In this document: in pieces, positions 28,153 to 44,115 of the stretch
Position numbering within the stretch: the first letter of the stretch is position 1
Layout of the letters: each line of letters opens with the position of its first letter
Assembly (NCBI GenBank): GCA_964016885.1
Contig: OZ024751.1
Coordinates: 16,306,001 to 16,370,000 of the forward strand
Length of the DNA: 64,000 bases
Reading direction: 5' to 3'
Origin: Eledone cirrhosa
Taxonomy: Eukaryota
Made by a program: the position numbers and the translations under genes
The notes under the pieces: model-generated
What the model was told of the DNA's origin: nothing
Seen by the model: only the letters and a program-made list of their open reading frames with translations
Database searches by the model: none

Positions 28153-28211
28153 GTTGTTTGATGAGGTCGTGTACATTACATAATAGATAACACTGAAATA
28201 TATATAATGGT
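28153..28211 (+). ncRNA. Degenerate hammerhead-like motif in a (TA)n-flanked island
   Basis: GTTGT-TTGATGA-GGT...ACT-GAAAT-ATAT-ATA-ATGGT; uncompensated C3T, weak helices. Confidence 0.45.
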
Positions 28212-28364
28212 AACAAAGAAAACAATAAAATGATAGAAGATTAAAAACACTAACTTCTTCCTTATTATATATATATAAAGGAGGTGATTTGCAAGTTGTT
28301 GCAGTACCATACATTGTATGAAGTACCATGTGGTATTATGATTCGTCAATCATTTTATATATAT

Positions 28365-29092
28365 ATACATAAACAAAGCATGTTTGTTTTGTAACAGCGA
28401 GCGAAGTTTTGTTAGAAATAGAAGCTTTCGCCGTACTTTTAGTTAACGAAATTTTAGCATGGTAGTGGGGTTTAAAACCATCTAAAAATGGAAAAGGATG
28501 AGTATTGACGTGTATATATATATATATTTAAAAGAATAGAAGTGTAACACACAAGTTATGATATATTGGTATACGGAAAAGAAAATACTGACAAATTGTT
28601 CACAGTGAAAAATAGTTTAATTAGGAATAAGTGAGAATTAGTAATAGTATTGGTTAGTATTCAGTTTTGGTTTTAAATTTTACCGGTTGCTCATTTCTAA
28701 TGCATTTCAAAAATAATTTTGAGATAGAGCGTCCGTGATGTTTGCTCTGATCTGATTAGTTTTGGGAATTCTACCTGTTTTTATGTTAAAAAAAAGTGGC
28801 TCCAGCGGTATTAAAATAAGTTTTGCGCCAATTCGTGTTGCAAAAATTCTTGTGGTCAAAACAATTTTGATTGGTCGGTAGAGGTCATGAGAATGTTAAA
28901 AATTGATTTTGCGCCAAATGTAGGTTTGTGTCGGCTGATTGAGAAGTCACTGAGAAATAAGTCTTTCAAAACAAATATGTGTGTGTGTGTGTGTAGTAGT
29001 AGTAGTAGTAAAGAGGTTCGTTGTTGTGATAATGGTCAGCAGGGATGTGTGTGCGAACCGCAGCCTGTTGACAGTTCAAATGCCTATTAAGA

Positions 29093-29138
<46 letters not shown>

Positions 29139-29244
29139 AGAGTAATTCGTGGTAGAGGGATGGTCAGTAGGAATGTGTTTGTAAGTGTGTGGGGGATATT
29201 TTAACATGTTAAAAGATATTTTTCAACTCTTGTCTTATACGGAG

Positions 29245-29284
<40 letters not shown>

Positions 29285-30965
29285 CTCTTTGTATGTTAAT
29301 GTACGCGTGTGTATGTGTGTGTGTATATATGTGTGTGTGTGTGTGAGAATGTGTGTGTGTGTGGGTGGACCAGTATTTATTTCTGGTAAAATGGTGTACA
29401 TTATTCGATATTTTCAGTAAAATCGATTCTCTCAATAGAACATCAAAAACCTTAATAATAAAAGGTGTGAAATGATATATGGTATTGGCATAATACCAAG
29501 GTGTGTGTGAGTGTGTCCAGATTGTACGTACTGCAAGGGGGATCCATTAGGCCTTGCTGTATTGGAATACCTGTGCACAAATATGTATCTGGAGTGTGTC
29601 CAGAAATTGTTTACCTGTGCACAAATTGTATACTTGTGTACAAATTGTACACATGTATCTGGAGTATGTCCAGAAATTGTATACCTCTGTACAAATATGT
29701 ATCTGGAGTGTGTCCAGATTGTACGTACTGCAAGGGGAATTCATTAGGCCTTGCCGTATTGGAATACTTATCCACAAATATGTATGTGCCCATCAGTGTG
29801 CAATTCATGTGTGTTTGTCGGCACGTTTATATCTATAAACATCAAAAGGTATGCAAATTTGTGTATATTTGTGTTGCACCATAGAACATGTGTGTTTACG
29901 TATGTCATTGTGTTTATATGTGGGTAGAGATGTATGCCGATGTAGGTATGTATGTTGACGTGTGTATGTTGTGGGTTCGTCTTGGGGATAAGTGTTTAGA
30001 CGGGGTCCGTATTTGTTAATAAAGTAAGATTCCTTGCTGATGCGCTGGGTGTGAGTGGCATTATCTTTAAATTTGTAGAGGGGAAAGATTCTGAAGTTGG
30101 GATGATTTGGGGCGGCACAGGTATCAATGTGTTCACTCAGTGGTATTTTCCTGTATTCCCGTATTTTAATTTGGGATCTATGGACAGTTGGCGGAGGCTG
30201 CTTTTGGTCTGGCCTATGTATTGTTCTCGACAACCTGAGCAAGTTAATACATATATTAGATTTTCTGATGCGCATGTGAAATTGTGTTTTACTATAAAAC
30301 GATGTCCTTCTTTGAAATAGAATTCCGAACCCTCTATTAGGTTGATGCAAATGCCACAGTTGGGTCTATCGCATTTTATTACTGTGGGTTTCGTTGTTGT
30401 GGTTGGCAGTACTTTGGCATGTGTTAGGATGTTTTTCATTGACTTAGATTGTCTTTTGCTCTTTATGATATCGTGTGTTCGTAGGATTTGGTTCATTCTA
30501 TGGTCCTTTTTCAACACAGGGATGGTCTGGAGGATGGTATCAAAGGCCTCATTGTTGAGAGGGTTGTGTGTGGAGATGTATGGAAGAGCTTTTAGTTTCG
30601 GTTGATTTACTTTAGGGTGTCTAAGGTCCTGGGTACTGAGTTTTAGGGCACGTTGGATTCCATTGTCAATTAGTGATGCAGGGTAGTCCCTGCCTATGAG
30701 TGTGTCCTTTAGTTCTTGTAGCCGTAAGTAGCAGGTGCCACTTTTTTAACATAACAACAGGTAGAATTCCCCAAACTAATCAGATCAGAGCAAACATCAC
30801 GGACGCTCTATCTCAAAATTATTTTTGAAAAGCATTAGAAATGCGCAACCGGTAAAACTTAAAACCAAAACTGAATACTAACCAATACTATTAATAATTC
30901 TCACTTATTCCTAATTAAACTATTTTTCACTGTGAACAATTTGTCAGCATTTTCTTTTCCGTTTA

Positions 30966-30972
<7 letters not shown>
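28365..30972 (-). mobile_element. 5'-truncated Penelope-like element with inverted pLTR copy
   Basis: GIY-YIG ORF relic, long 3' region with internal tandem repeats (~29500-29790); ~28561-28800 repeated in inverted orientation at ~30737-30972; (TA)n flanks. Confidence 0.85.
29985..30736 (-). pseudogene. Penelope RT C-terminal linker and GIY-YIG endonuclease, frameshifted
   Basis: KCDRPNCGIC..FTCASENLIYVLTCSGCREQYIGQTKSSLRQ..HRSQI..EHI..KESYFINKYGPRLN. Confidence 0.9.
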
Positions 30973-31005
<33 letters not shown>

Positions 31006-31065
31006 TAAAGTTAGTCCTTCATCAGTGATCTTCCAACCATCATTGGTATTTCATCGCTTTAAAGA

Positions 31066-31129
<64 letters not shown>

Positions 31130-31551
31130 CTGCATCACCAGTATTTAATTTGAAGTAAATGAACTATGATTCTGTTATTGAACCAAGCTTTTCAATTCCA
31201 ACTGAAACAGATTTTAGTATGTTTACCAATGTTTATTCAAATTAATTCTCTAACTGAAATTATATGAAAACCTTCATAAAACTAATATGTCAATTTTGAC
31301 TCCGCTCCAAGCAGAAGAACTATTGCTTCTATATATTATTAATGGAAAAGAAAAGATCACATTTATTGTTGTATACATTTTAAATTTACATTTCTGCTTT
31401 AACCATTAAAATATAACTTAAGTCGAATAGATGTACGTGAGATTGTCTATACATATGTGTACAGGTGTATGTATGTATTTATGTATGTATGTATGTATTT
31501 ATGTGTGTATGTATGTATGAATTTATGTATGTATGTATGTGAAGAACTCCT

Positions 31552-31835
31552 AGCCTTTCTCAGGGCATTCTTCTAGGAGAAGGCAACTCAGGAAACTGGG
31601 ATAACTCCGACATAAAACCTGCGGCTCAGTAGTTACCGATGATGTAGCTATTTTGGTCATTTCGGGTTATAGCTACTGTCGCTCAGAGAGTGGGATTGGC
31701 TCAGTGCACAGTCAATCCTCACTTTAAAAAAAAAATCTTTATGCATAGTCATTGCTTGATATCATTAATTGATAATTATTAATAATGTTATATCGTGCGA
31801 TGGCTATACTCAATAACAAGGGGACAGCCATCATG
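31552..31835 (+). mobile_element. Dispersed repeat (SINE- or RTE-UTR-like); copies at ~32046-32430 and ~33713-33995
   Basis: AGCCTTT.TCAGGGCATTCTTCTAGGAGAAGGCAACTC... shared; followed by (TATG)n. Confidence 0.65.
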
Positions 31836-32821
31836 TATGTATGTATGTGCTACTGGTAACATGTATCCCAGTACAACTTGTCTCATGGTCGGGTCGTTGG
31901 CGACTAAACTGGCAATCCCATCAATATTTCTTGGTGAGGTAGGTGACTTTGGACATCCTGCAGGACTAAAAACAAAACCTGTCAAAGGGCAAAGTAGCTC
32001 TTAAGAGTCAATGGCCATCCAAAATCACCGGGAGAGATGACCCCTTAGCCTTTCTCAAGGCAGAATTCTAGGAGAAGGAAAACTCTGATATAACACCTGC
32101 AACCCTGATGGTATCCAATGATGTTGACTTGTTCTTCTTTTTGGTAAATATCATCTTGGTTAAGAGAGTGGGACTGGCTTTGTGTAGTACCTTTGCTCAC
32201 TATAAAAGCTTCACGGCACAGGCATTGCTTTATATCTGGAGATCTCTCTTCACTTGTCGTCACATGGTACCATGGAGCAAGCACTATGTGTCAATAATTG
32301 TCACAAGGGTAGTGTTTGTACCAGAGTTTACAAGACGCTGGCTGGACTAAAAGTCACACTCGTTCAGGGCATCGGTAGGGGTTCTCCTCCATGGATATAA
32401 AGTAGTGGCCGTACTCGAAAACGAGTTGACAGCAACTATGTATGTATGTATACATGTATGTATGTATATATATATGTATGTATATATGTATGTATGCATG
32501 TAAACATACATATATGTGTGTATGTGCGTACGTTAATATGTACTTTTGCGTGTATGTATATGCTTGTATTTATGCATCTTTTAAAATCTGTTTCTAAAGA
32601 TTTATGAGGTAACTTCTGTGGCATATCTTTGTTATCTGTTCTTGGAAAGGTACTCTCGTGTATTCTTTCAGAGCATCTTCACTAATTCATCGTTCCAATA
32701 TGTGCGCCAAAACCATTGTGTGGTTTTCGCCCCTCTCGTAGGACAGTTGAAATGACTTTCACTATCCCCCAGCTACAAGAGCTACAAGTAATACGTTTGA
32801 CACTGTTAACAGGACTGCATA

Positions 32822-33011
32822 GGGCGGTGAATTGGCTGTATCGGTAGAGGGTCGGACGCCATGATTTGCAGCACAGTTACGTCCATTTACGGACTGAGCT
32901 CAAATCCCGCTGAGGTTGACTTTGCCTTTCATCTTTACGGGGGTCGATAAAATAAAGTACCAGTAATACACTGGGTAATTGCTGGCATGGTACCAGAAGT
33001 AGAATCAATTA
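32822..33011 (+). mobile_element. Major-family SINE
   Basis: Family consensus match. Confidence 0.85.
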
Positions 33012-33147
33012 TAGTTGACTGCCCTGAAAAGTTTAGGAATATAATTAAAGACCCCAATAAAGCTACGAATGCCCGTATTAATTTTCGTCGTTCTCTTTCA
33101 CAACCGTTCACAGTGCAAAATGGAGTAAGGCTCATATATACATCCAT

Positions 33148-33213
<66 letters not shown>

Positions 33214-33227
33214 ACACACATATATAA

Positions 33228-33266
<39 letters not shown>

Positions 33267-33267
33267 A

Positions 33268-33451
33268 GTTTAACGCGGGTTCAATTGGGGGTAAACCACA
33301 GTAAGTAAGGTACTCAATACATAGCAGTGTATAAATATATGATATAGAAATGGCTTCTACAGGGCTAGAACTGTTTCATTCGGGAGAAATAATCAGAGGT
33401 GCCTGATGATTTCACCCGAATGAAACATTTCTAACCCTATAGAAGCCATTT
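33268..33451 (-). mobile_element. Mini foldback HHR element, same family as 50612-50745
   Basis: Arms 33348-33397/33402-33451 each with CTGAT(G/T)A-TTTC..GAAT-GAAAC; tail matches TATTGAGTACCTTACTTACTGTGG. Confidence 0.8.
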
Positions 33452-33480
33452 GTATATATATATATAAATATATATATATA

Positions 33481-33547
<67 letters not shown>

Positions 33548-34190
33548 TGAGAGAGAGAGAGAGTCAACGGCCATCCAAAAGTGTGTAAATATGTATATAC
33601 ATATGTACATATGTATGTATATGTGTATATGCATGGGTGCATGTGTATGTATATGCGCGGGGACATGGAAATAGTCGGGCTGGATACCCGATCGCGCGGT
33701 TAAACCACTGGGAGCCTTTGTCAGGGCATTCTTCTAGGAGAAGGCAACTCAGGAAACTGGGATAACTCCGATATAAAACCTGCGGCTCAGTAGTTACCGA
33801 TGATGTTGATCTTTTCTTCTTTTCGGGTTATAGCTACTGTCGCTCAGAGCGTGGGATTGGCTCAGTGCACAGTCTTTCCTCACTTTAAAAAATATCTTCA
33901 TGCACAGGCATTGCACGATAGAATTAATTAATAATTATTAATAATGGTATATCGTGCAATGGCCATACTCGATAACGAGGGGGCAGCCATCATGTATGTA
34001 TGTAGGTATGTATGTATATATATTCACGTCTATCTTTCTATGTATCTCTCTCTTCCTCTTGCTATAAATATATGTATATATGGTGAGAGAGAGAAAGAGA
34101 GATAGATAGAGAGAGAGAAAGAGAAAGAGGGGGAGAGAGAGAGTGAAAGAGAGAGAGAGAAAGAGGGGGAGGGAGAGACAGTGAATGAGA

Positions 34191-34221
<31 letters not shown>

Positions 34222-34408
34222 GGAGAGAGAGAGAGAGAGAGAGGCGGGCGTATCTCGAAGGAATAGTACACTTATTCCTGGAATATGAATAATTCTGCTA
34301 CTGTTGAAATATATTTTATTACTTGAAACGGCGTTATATATAATATATTCATTAGAAAAAAAAACCGCTTGTTTAAACGAAGGATGAATAAATTTCATTG
34401 CAGGTATG

Positions 34409-34449
<41 letters not shown>

Positions 34450-34496
34450 TGTGTGTGTGTACAATAATATATACATATATGTGAATAAATATACAT

Positions 34497-34529
<33 letters not shown>

Positions 34530-34563
34530 TATATATACATACATACACACACACACACACACA

Positions 34564-34672
<109 letters not shown>

Positions 34673-35011
34673 GTGTTTGTGTGTGTGTACAATAATATAT
34701 ACATAATATATATGTATGTATTGTGTATGTATCTATGTATATATATATGTATTTCGTATTCTTCAAGGTGCGGATCTTTTAAATTTATTGTCTGAAGAAA
34801 ATCTAATATATAAGATGGGTAAATGTGATTTGAGAATATAATTGACACTAAAGATATGCCATCGCCAACCCCAATCACACCAACATAACCATCACTACCA
34901 CCACCACCACCACCACCATCACCACCACGAATACCATCACCAACACCACCACCACAACCACCATCACTGTCGAAACCACTGCTAGCACCACATATTATTA
35001 CCTCTACTGAA

Positions 35012-35046
<35 letters not shown>

Positions 35047-35254
35047 TTTAATTTATTAGCCACAAGGGCCGACATGTAGGGGACAATACAAAGACAGGGA
35101 CAGTGGGGGTTTACAATAAGGTCGAGTAAAAGTGCACAATGGCAAGACTAAGTTAATAATGAAAATATAAAAATATAAAATAAACTATGCATAAATATAA
35201 CAAAATAAATTTCCCGATAATAATAATAATAATATTAACAAACATCCTCCGGAC

Positions 35255-36045
35255 TGAAATCGGAGACTGAAGGACTGATTATATCAGCACAAGATCAGTG
35301 TCTGCCAACAAAAATTTACCAAGCCAACATAATAAAAAAATGGATGCAACCCATTATGCCGTGTATGTAAAAAACAACCAGAGACTATTGATCATATAAT
35401 TTTAATGTGCAGCCCTATAGCTCCTACCGAGTACCTAAACAGGCATGACAGAGCTGCACAATACATACATTGGATAATGTGTAAGCATTTTGACCTGCCC
35501 CATCAAATGAATTGGTGGGAGCATCAACCACCTCCCATACTTGAAAAAGATCATATCTCAATCTTGTGCCGAAAAATAGATGCAAATAGACCTGATATAA
35601 TACTGAAGGACTTTCAAAAGAGGGTATGCCTGCTAATTGATATGTCCGTTCCAATAGACAAGAATGTATATATAAAAACAATTGAAAAATTGAGCAAGTA
35701 TAAGGACCTGGAGATAGAAATTGGAAAAATGTGGAAATTGAGAACTAAAACAATACCAGTGGTTGTAGGCGCTCTAGGAATGATACCTAAGGGGTCTAAT
35801 GATTACTTATCGCAAATCCCAGGAAACCCGCGTATAGGAGAAATACAAAAGATAGTACTAATGGGAACTGCCAATATACTAAGGCAGATTCTGTCAATAT
35901 AAGTACATCACAAGTCTAAACACCTAAAGATGCATGTGTGTGTATGTATGTTCAGTCTTGAACATGGCGGACCTTGTTGTCTCTTGAGGTCACTGGTTGT
36001 GACTTGGTGATAACTCGTATGAACATAAAGTAAGATAAATGCAAC

Positions 36046-36047
<2 letters not shown>
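35255..36047 (+). mobile_element. R4/Dong-clade LINE 3' fragment (second family)
   Basis: SAQDQCL, RHD..IHW, NRPDIIL..LIDMSVP.D, KYKDLEIE, IPVVVGALG; flanked by (TAA)n. Confidence 0.9.
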
Positions 36048-36092
<45 letters not shown>

Positions 36093-36425
36093 CAACAACA
36101 GTGACAATAATGACAATGATAATAAAATTAACATACAATAGAAAGGAGAAATGAAGCATTGAAAACAAACAAAAGACAAAACAATAAATCTTAAAACAGA
36201 GTCTTTGTAATAGACAAAAAAATAAATAAATAAACCCCCCCAAAACTATGATAATAACAAAAAAAAATAAAATAAAAGAGAAAGTCCAGATGCTTTTGAA
36301 TATGCTAAATATAATTGTCTGAAAATTAATTCAATTATTCGATAAAAATGTTTTTCAAATAGTATTATATTTCTAACGAAAAGAAAAAAAAAATATTACA
36401 GGAATTATTATTATATATTAACCAG

Positions 36426-36613
36426 GGCGGTGGATTGGCAGTATCGGTAGAGCGTCGGAATCCATGCTTTGCAGCAAAAAGTTACGGCCCTTTATGGTCT
36501 GAGTTCAAATCCCGCCGAGGTTAACTTTGCGTTTCATCCTTACGGGGTCGATAAAATAAAGTACCAGTAATACACTGTGATAATTGCTGGCCTTGTGCCA
36601 AAAGTAGAAACAT
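36426..36613 (+). mobile_element. Major-family SINE, full length
   Basis: GGCGGTGGATTGGCAGTATCGGTAGAG..AGTAGAAACA. Confidence 0.88.
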
Positions 36614-37377
36614 TCTCGTAACATTCTCGTTCTCGGTTTAACGTTCGCAGATTTTTGGTTTTTCAATGAATAGGATGTATCTATATTTATCTTTATCTTT
36701 ACACACCCACACACACATATATTTATATATGCAATAAAATATATATATGTACATATACATTTATATGATCGGATATATATATATATATATATCTATATAT
36801 ATATATATATATAATAAATATATATATGTATGTGTATATATATATAAATATATATATACGCATATGTATATGTATATATATATTTATGTGCAATAAAATA
36901 TATATACATTCATTTTTGCTAAATTAAGTGTATAAACTCTGGATATATTTTCACACCTGATAAGCAATTCGGATCTGTTTTGTTTTTGTTTGTCTTTTTT
37001 TTTGTAGTCATTGTCATTCTATGATAGAATATATGGATAAACGTATCTAAGTCATTAATATATTCCGTAACAATTCTTTAATTTTAGCATTAATATTCCA
37101 CCAAGGTTGACTTTAATTATCATGTATTATAGATAAATGAGAGTTAAATTCTGAGCTAGAAAGCAAAGTTGTTCAGTCGTTAAACCTTAAGATTAAACGC
37201 ATGCATGCATGCCACCGTAACTGCTGCTGGAGTTGTCTCCGTAGCTCCTGATAGAGTTGTAGGGGAACCGTATTGAGATACAGAATTTCTAGGGCATTTT
37301 TAAAACCTGACAGAGCCCATGTGTCTCCGGGTCTGTATTAAGCAAATTTTCTCCCGAGGAGGATAGAGGGTAAGGGA

Positions 37378-37562
37378 GAAAGTGTAAAAGAGACATAGAG
37401 GAAGAATCGACCCTAGTACTAGACTAGTATTTTTTTTATCGACCTACGAAAAATGAAATGCAAAGTTGACTTCGGCGTAATTTGAACTCAGAGCGCCGAA
37501 AGCCTTAACGAATAACGCAAAGCACTCTATCTGACATTCTAACGACTCTGCCAATTTGCCGA
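37378..37562 (-). mobile_element. Diverged SINE
   Basis: TTTATCGACC..ATGAAATGCAAAGTTGAC..TTTGAACTCAGA. Confidence 0.7.
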
Positions 37563-39137
37563 CTAAGATTAAATTCATAGACTTATTTAATTCGAGTCTC
37601 TGCAATGGGAGTTCTAATTCTGTAGAGTTTATCTTTCTCTTTCATTCTGTCTGGATCGCTAAATAAAGTATCACTCCATTGGCAAAAATTGTTAGAGCAT
37701 CGGACCTGACGCCTAGCCATACCATTCTGTGTTAAAAGCCGATTCCTCTCCCCTAGACCCGGAAATATATTGACATGGTAGGAAGACATATGCTATGAAG
37801 TGAAACCTACGTGGGATTTAGGCGCAATAACAACAACTATGATGCTAACCAGGTTTATGTTAGCTGAAGTGATCAACTCGTGACGTGTTTTCGGATCAAA
37901 CCTGAAACTATGAGATAGTGAGAGAAAATTCTTAACTACACAGCCATGTCATATTCCACGTTAAAGTCCTCTTCTGCAACAGTGGAGGGCAATAGGATAA
38001 TCAATTTAACATTAATCTCTAGCTGATTATATTCTCATTGAAACTTATAGTGTAATTAATACAAAATATGTAGGAGAATGTTCATTCTTAGAGCAGAGGT
38101 TTTCAAACGAATGCTTTCTTGTGCAGTTAAATATTTGGGACGTGAAAATTGTTGTAGAAATATTGATTTTATTTAGCTAGACTAAGTCAAATGGCTTTCC
38201 GTATCTACACTGAAACAATTAACATATATTAGTAGTTTTCATTAAAACAAGTTGACAGTAAAAATATTTAACGGCAGCCATGAGTGTATAAAAGCAATAT
38301 TATAGTCAATAATAAGGATGTTTTAAAACAAATTTGTTTCCAATGGGTTAATGAGGAGGAAATATCTGCACCATTTCTTTCTGAGGTATATATGTGACTG
38401 ACGCGATCAATTCTGTTTATTTTCACTGCTAACAATTGGAAGCAGGTGACAGAAAAAAAGAAAAAAACAAAAGATATAGACAAAAAACGAAATCCAAGTG
38501 CGGTGTCTCTGGTAAGAAAGGACCAGGCGAAGTATTTAATATCGCACTGATGGAAACTAGTAAGAGTTTTCCTCGAATGGAAGCCGTGATAAAGGTGTAA
38601 AAAACAAGGTAAAGCCGACAACACCTGGTTGTGGTCAGTGGAGGAACACCTGGCATAAATGGGTCTGGCTTGGTAGCAAGCTCCGAGAAGATCTACAACA
38701 GTCTGGATGGAGATCTCTTGCCCTCAGTGTTCCATAGGGAGAACATGAACTAAAGATGAAGAACATTTATGCAAAACACACAATATGGATGAAGAACAAA
38801 AGAGAGACATGTGCAGACCTGCCAACCTCTAAAAACCCAAATGGGGAGGACCATGAGAAAAAGTGCCCGAAAACAGTGAGAAGTGAGGCCAAATGGGTAG
38901 ATTTTACATAATGAAAGCTATACCCATTTTCACAAGAGAAGACATCTCTCACCCACCCCAAAGTGGGGCATATATATATAAAAAAGATGTGCTTGGGCGC
39001 AGAAATGTCATAAAGATAGCTTATAAAATAGAGTGAAGACCCTTAAATGACGGAAAAAGATGTTACCATCGGCCGCCATTAGGAATTGAACCTCATATCT
39101 ACCAGATGCCGGCTAGATTGTATACTAATTATATAAT

Positions 39138-40300
<1,163 letters not shown>

Positions 40301-40344
40301 GAACATTGTAAAAAATAAAAAATAAAAATAAAACACCAAATGCC

Positions 40345-40610
40345 TTACACCGCCAGAAGGCTGAGAACGCTCGTAAAGCAGAGGAGCTGAACACTTAGAA
40401 ATACCGGTACTTGGCGACCCTCTTCCTTTTAGTTTCCGTCACTGTAGAGACCACTGGTTTCTTCGGCCCCAAATTGCCGTACTCTTCCGCAAAATTGGGT
40501 GGGGTGTATCTCAACCAAAGAAGGCGCCTCGTGAGGTGGATTGTTTGATGCAGTAGGTGTCTGTCTGTTCTTCGACGCATTGTTTTCGCCAGTATGTCCA
40601 CGGGGGTTGG
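40345..40610 (+). pseudogene. Decayed REL-endonuclease C-terminus of a CRE-like non-LTR element
   Basis: ARKAEELNT*KYRYLATLFLLVSVTVETTGFFGP resembles AE..K..KY..L...F.P.A.ET.G..G. Confidence 0.5.
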
Positions 40611-40899
40611 TTGGACGAAATGAGATATATCACCTAGACTCGGTTGTTGAATCTGCGACTCACTCCTTTCTTTAACTTTCATTATTGCTTTCTTTTTCTC
40701 TTTTCAGTTTTAGAGAAATCTTACTATAATTTAATTAAAATTACTTGGGCCTAAACAATTAGAAGATAATCTAATAATAGTTAAAAAAAAAAACGTCTTA
40801 CCTATAACAGCATACAAAAACTCTAATATTAGCGTTGTTAAGTGATAAACTGACAACAAATATTTATCGATGAAAGCAATCAATATTAGTAGCAGAAGC

Positions 40900-40949
<50 letters not shown>

Positions 40950-41131
40950 TAAAATAACAGATTAAAGTTTAAGCAAAGAATCGCTGCTTTCACCCTTAAC
41001 GGGATCTTCTGAAACTAACAAAGTCAATCTGTGAACGCTGAAGTGAATATTTAAAAAAAACGTTGCAACCCGAGGAAGACAGGTAGACGATACTTTGGTT
41101 CGTGGATTTTAGTCTTCAAATGTATTATTAT

Positions 41132-41176
<45 letters not shown>

Positions 41177-41211
41177 TATATGTATATATATATATTTGTG
41201 TGTGTACACAT

Positions 41212-41246
<35 letters not shown>

Positions 41247-42027
41247 CATGTGTGTGCATGTCTCACTCTCTCACTCGGTGTGTTTGTAGGATTTGATTAT
41301 GTCACCAAATTTCGCCTCTCGAACTTTGTTAAAACTCTGAGAAAATGACTGTCTTCGCATATTTTGTGTGTCTCTGTCTCTTTACATTAGTAATTTTGTA
41401 GACAATAAAAAAATAAAATTTTAACCTCTGGTGTTGAAAAATACTTTAAATGGATGCCGCAATGAAATAATATATTCTAAAAATGGTAGTTAATTATTTT
41501 ATAGGTAAAGTAAGATCTTTACAAGTTGAAGTTATGTCATTATTTCAAACGTTAAAGGTCGCTTATATTTCAAATTTAATAGTCAATTAAAGGTGAATAA
41601 GGAAATAGATAGTGATGTTTATAGAATAATTTATTCCCTCGTTGCATCTACTTAAAGAGCTATTTTAGCTCCAGAAAACAAAACTTCAATTTACTACGCA
41701 ACATAGGTGAACAGAAGAACATATCTGGAGTCTTCTCACGTTGGTAAATATCTCCACCACCTTTATAACTTTGATAGAATATGTATGTATTTATTATATC
41801 TACACTCTCCTACATAGTTTATCTGACTATCAATCACTCCCTCTCTTTATATACACATGTATGTATGTATGTATGTATGTATGTATGTATGTATGTATGT
41901 ATGTATGTATGTATGTATGTATGTATGTATGTATGTATTATGTATGTATGTATGTATGTATGTATGTATGTATGTATGTACTTATGTATCTATATTTGTA
42001 GGTGGCATATGCATATATGTAAATATG

Positions 42028-42089
<62 letters not shown>

Positions 42090-42104
42090 ATAATATAATG
42101 ATTT

Positions 42105-42469
42105 CTTATATAGGCAGAAGGCCAGCACTTTTGGGAGAGGGGAAAGTCGATTAAATCGACCCCAGTACATGACTGGTACTTTATTTTAACGACCCCATAT
42201 GGATGAAAGGCAAAGTTAACGTCGGCGCGATTTGCACTCAGATCATAAAGGGTCGTAACTCTATGCTGCAAAGCATGGCGTCCGACCCTCTACCGATACT
42301 GCCAACCAATCCACCGCCATTAATATAATATAATAGTTACGGCCCTTGACATTCTGAGTTCAAATCCCGCCTAGGTTAACTTTTCCTTTCATCCTTATGG
42401 GGTCGATAAAATAAAGTACCAGTAATGTACTGAGATAATTGCTGGCCTTGTGCCAAAAGTAGAAACAAT

Positions 42470-42470
<1 letters not shown>
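42105..42470. mobile_element. Two oppositely oriented SINEs (42105-42318 minus, 42335-42470 plus)
   Basis: Family consensus matches. Confidence 0.85.
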
Positions 42471-42995
<525 letters not shown>

Positions 42996-43167
42996 TATCT
43001 ATATGTAGGTTGAGCAAAAAAGAGGAAGAGAAGAAGGGAGTACTCACTCTTGGTGCTCCTGGAGATGAGGGTTGTACATTGTTTCGGGGTGCGTACAACC
43101 TCTGTGTAGCACCTCCTCCCGATTGGGGATTTCAATCGTTATTTGTTATTGTATTTGTTATTGTAAA

Positions 43168-43358
43168 GGGCGGTGAATTGGCAGTATCGGTAGAGAGTTG
43201 GACGCCATGCTTTGACGCATAGAGTTACTGCCCTTGCCATTCTGAGTTCGAATCCCGCCGAGGTTAACTTTGCCTTTCATCCTTACGGGGTCGATAAAAT
43301 AAAAGTACCAGTAATGTACTGGGTAATTGCTGGCCTTGTGCCAAAAGTAGAAACAGTT
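43168..43358 (+). mobile_element. Major-family SINE with TSD
   Basis: Full-length copy; TATTTGTTATTGTA on both flanks. Confidence 0.88.
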
Positions 43359-43689
43359 ATTTGTTATTGTATTAATAGTTTTATTTTCATTTAATAGCGT
43401 ACCTCACGGCTTGATCTCACTGCGTAGTATCTCGTTAAGTGTTACTTCTGTAACCTCAGACTGAATAACGCCTCGTCAGCAATGGTCTTAAGTAGAAGAA
43501 AACTGTGTGGAATCTAGAAAGCTATTGAATGACACGCACACACATGTTACTCTTTAGCCTCACTCCGTCTCTCCCAATCGTTCTCTCATTCTCTCTCTCT
43601 CTCTATATATATATATACATACATATCTATCTATTTATCTATGTACATACGTATGTATGTATTATATATATATATATATACATATACAA

Positions 43690-43752
<63 letters not shown>

Positions 43753-43822
43753 TTCATACATATACTTCTGACCCTCGTCTCTCTTTCCCACACTCTCTTT
43801 CTCTCTCTCTCTCTCGCGCGCG

Positions 43823-43857
<35 letters not shown>

Positions 43858-43934
43858 TGTATATATATATATATATATGTATATATATGTATATATATAT
43901 ATATAATATATATATATATATTTAATATATAGAT

Positions 43935-44115
43935 ATATTAATTTATTAAAATAACAGAATAAAGTTTAAACAAAGAATCGCTGCTTCACCCTTAAGATCC
44001 CGTTAAGGGTGAACGCAGCGATTCTTTGCTTAAACTTTAATCTGTTATTTTAATAAATATTTGCTCTACGGTTCTTATATATTTGATATATATTTATCCT
44101 TATCGAACCCTCTTT
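43935..44115 (+). mobile_element. Short foldback of the 5010/40946 family
   Basis: Arms ~43941-43994/~44003-44058 joined inside the HHR-like core (AAGATCCCGTTAAGGGTGAA). Confidence 0.75.

Noticed and set aside
31003-31068. Short island with minus-strand CTGATGAAGGAC between (TA)n tracts
   Set aside because: No downstream GTCC-GAAA; fragment too short to call a ribozyme
34785-34830. TTGTCTGAAGA motif resembling the 7-kb elements
   Set aside because: No GAAA or helix I partner at a suitable position
36426-36515. SINE heads as tRNA genes
   Set aside because: A/B boxes present but no cloverleaf, and they continue into the SINE body
38480-38760. Possible RTE 3' relic (LEWKP..TW)
   Set aside because: Too decayed to support without alignment
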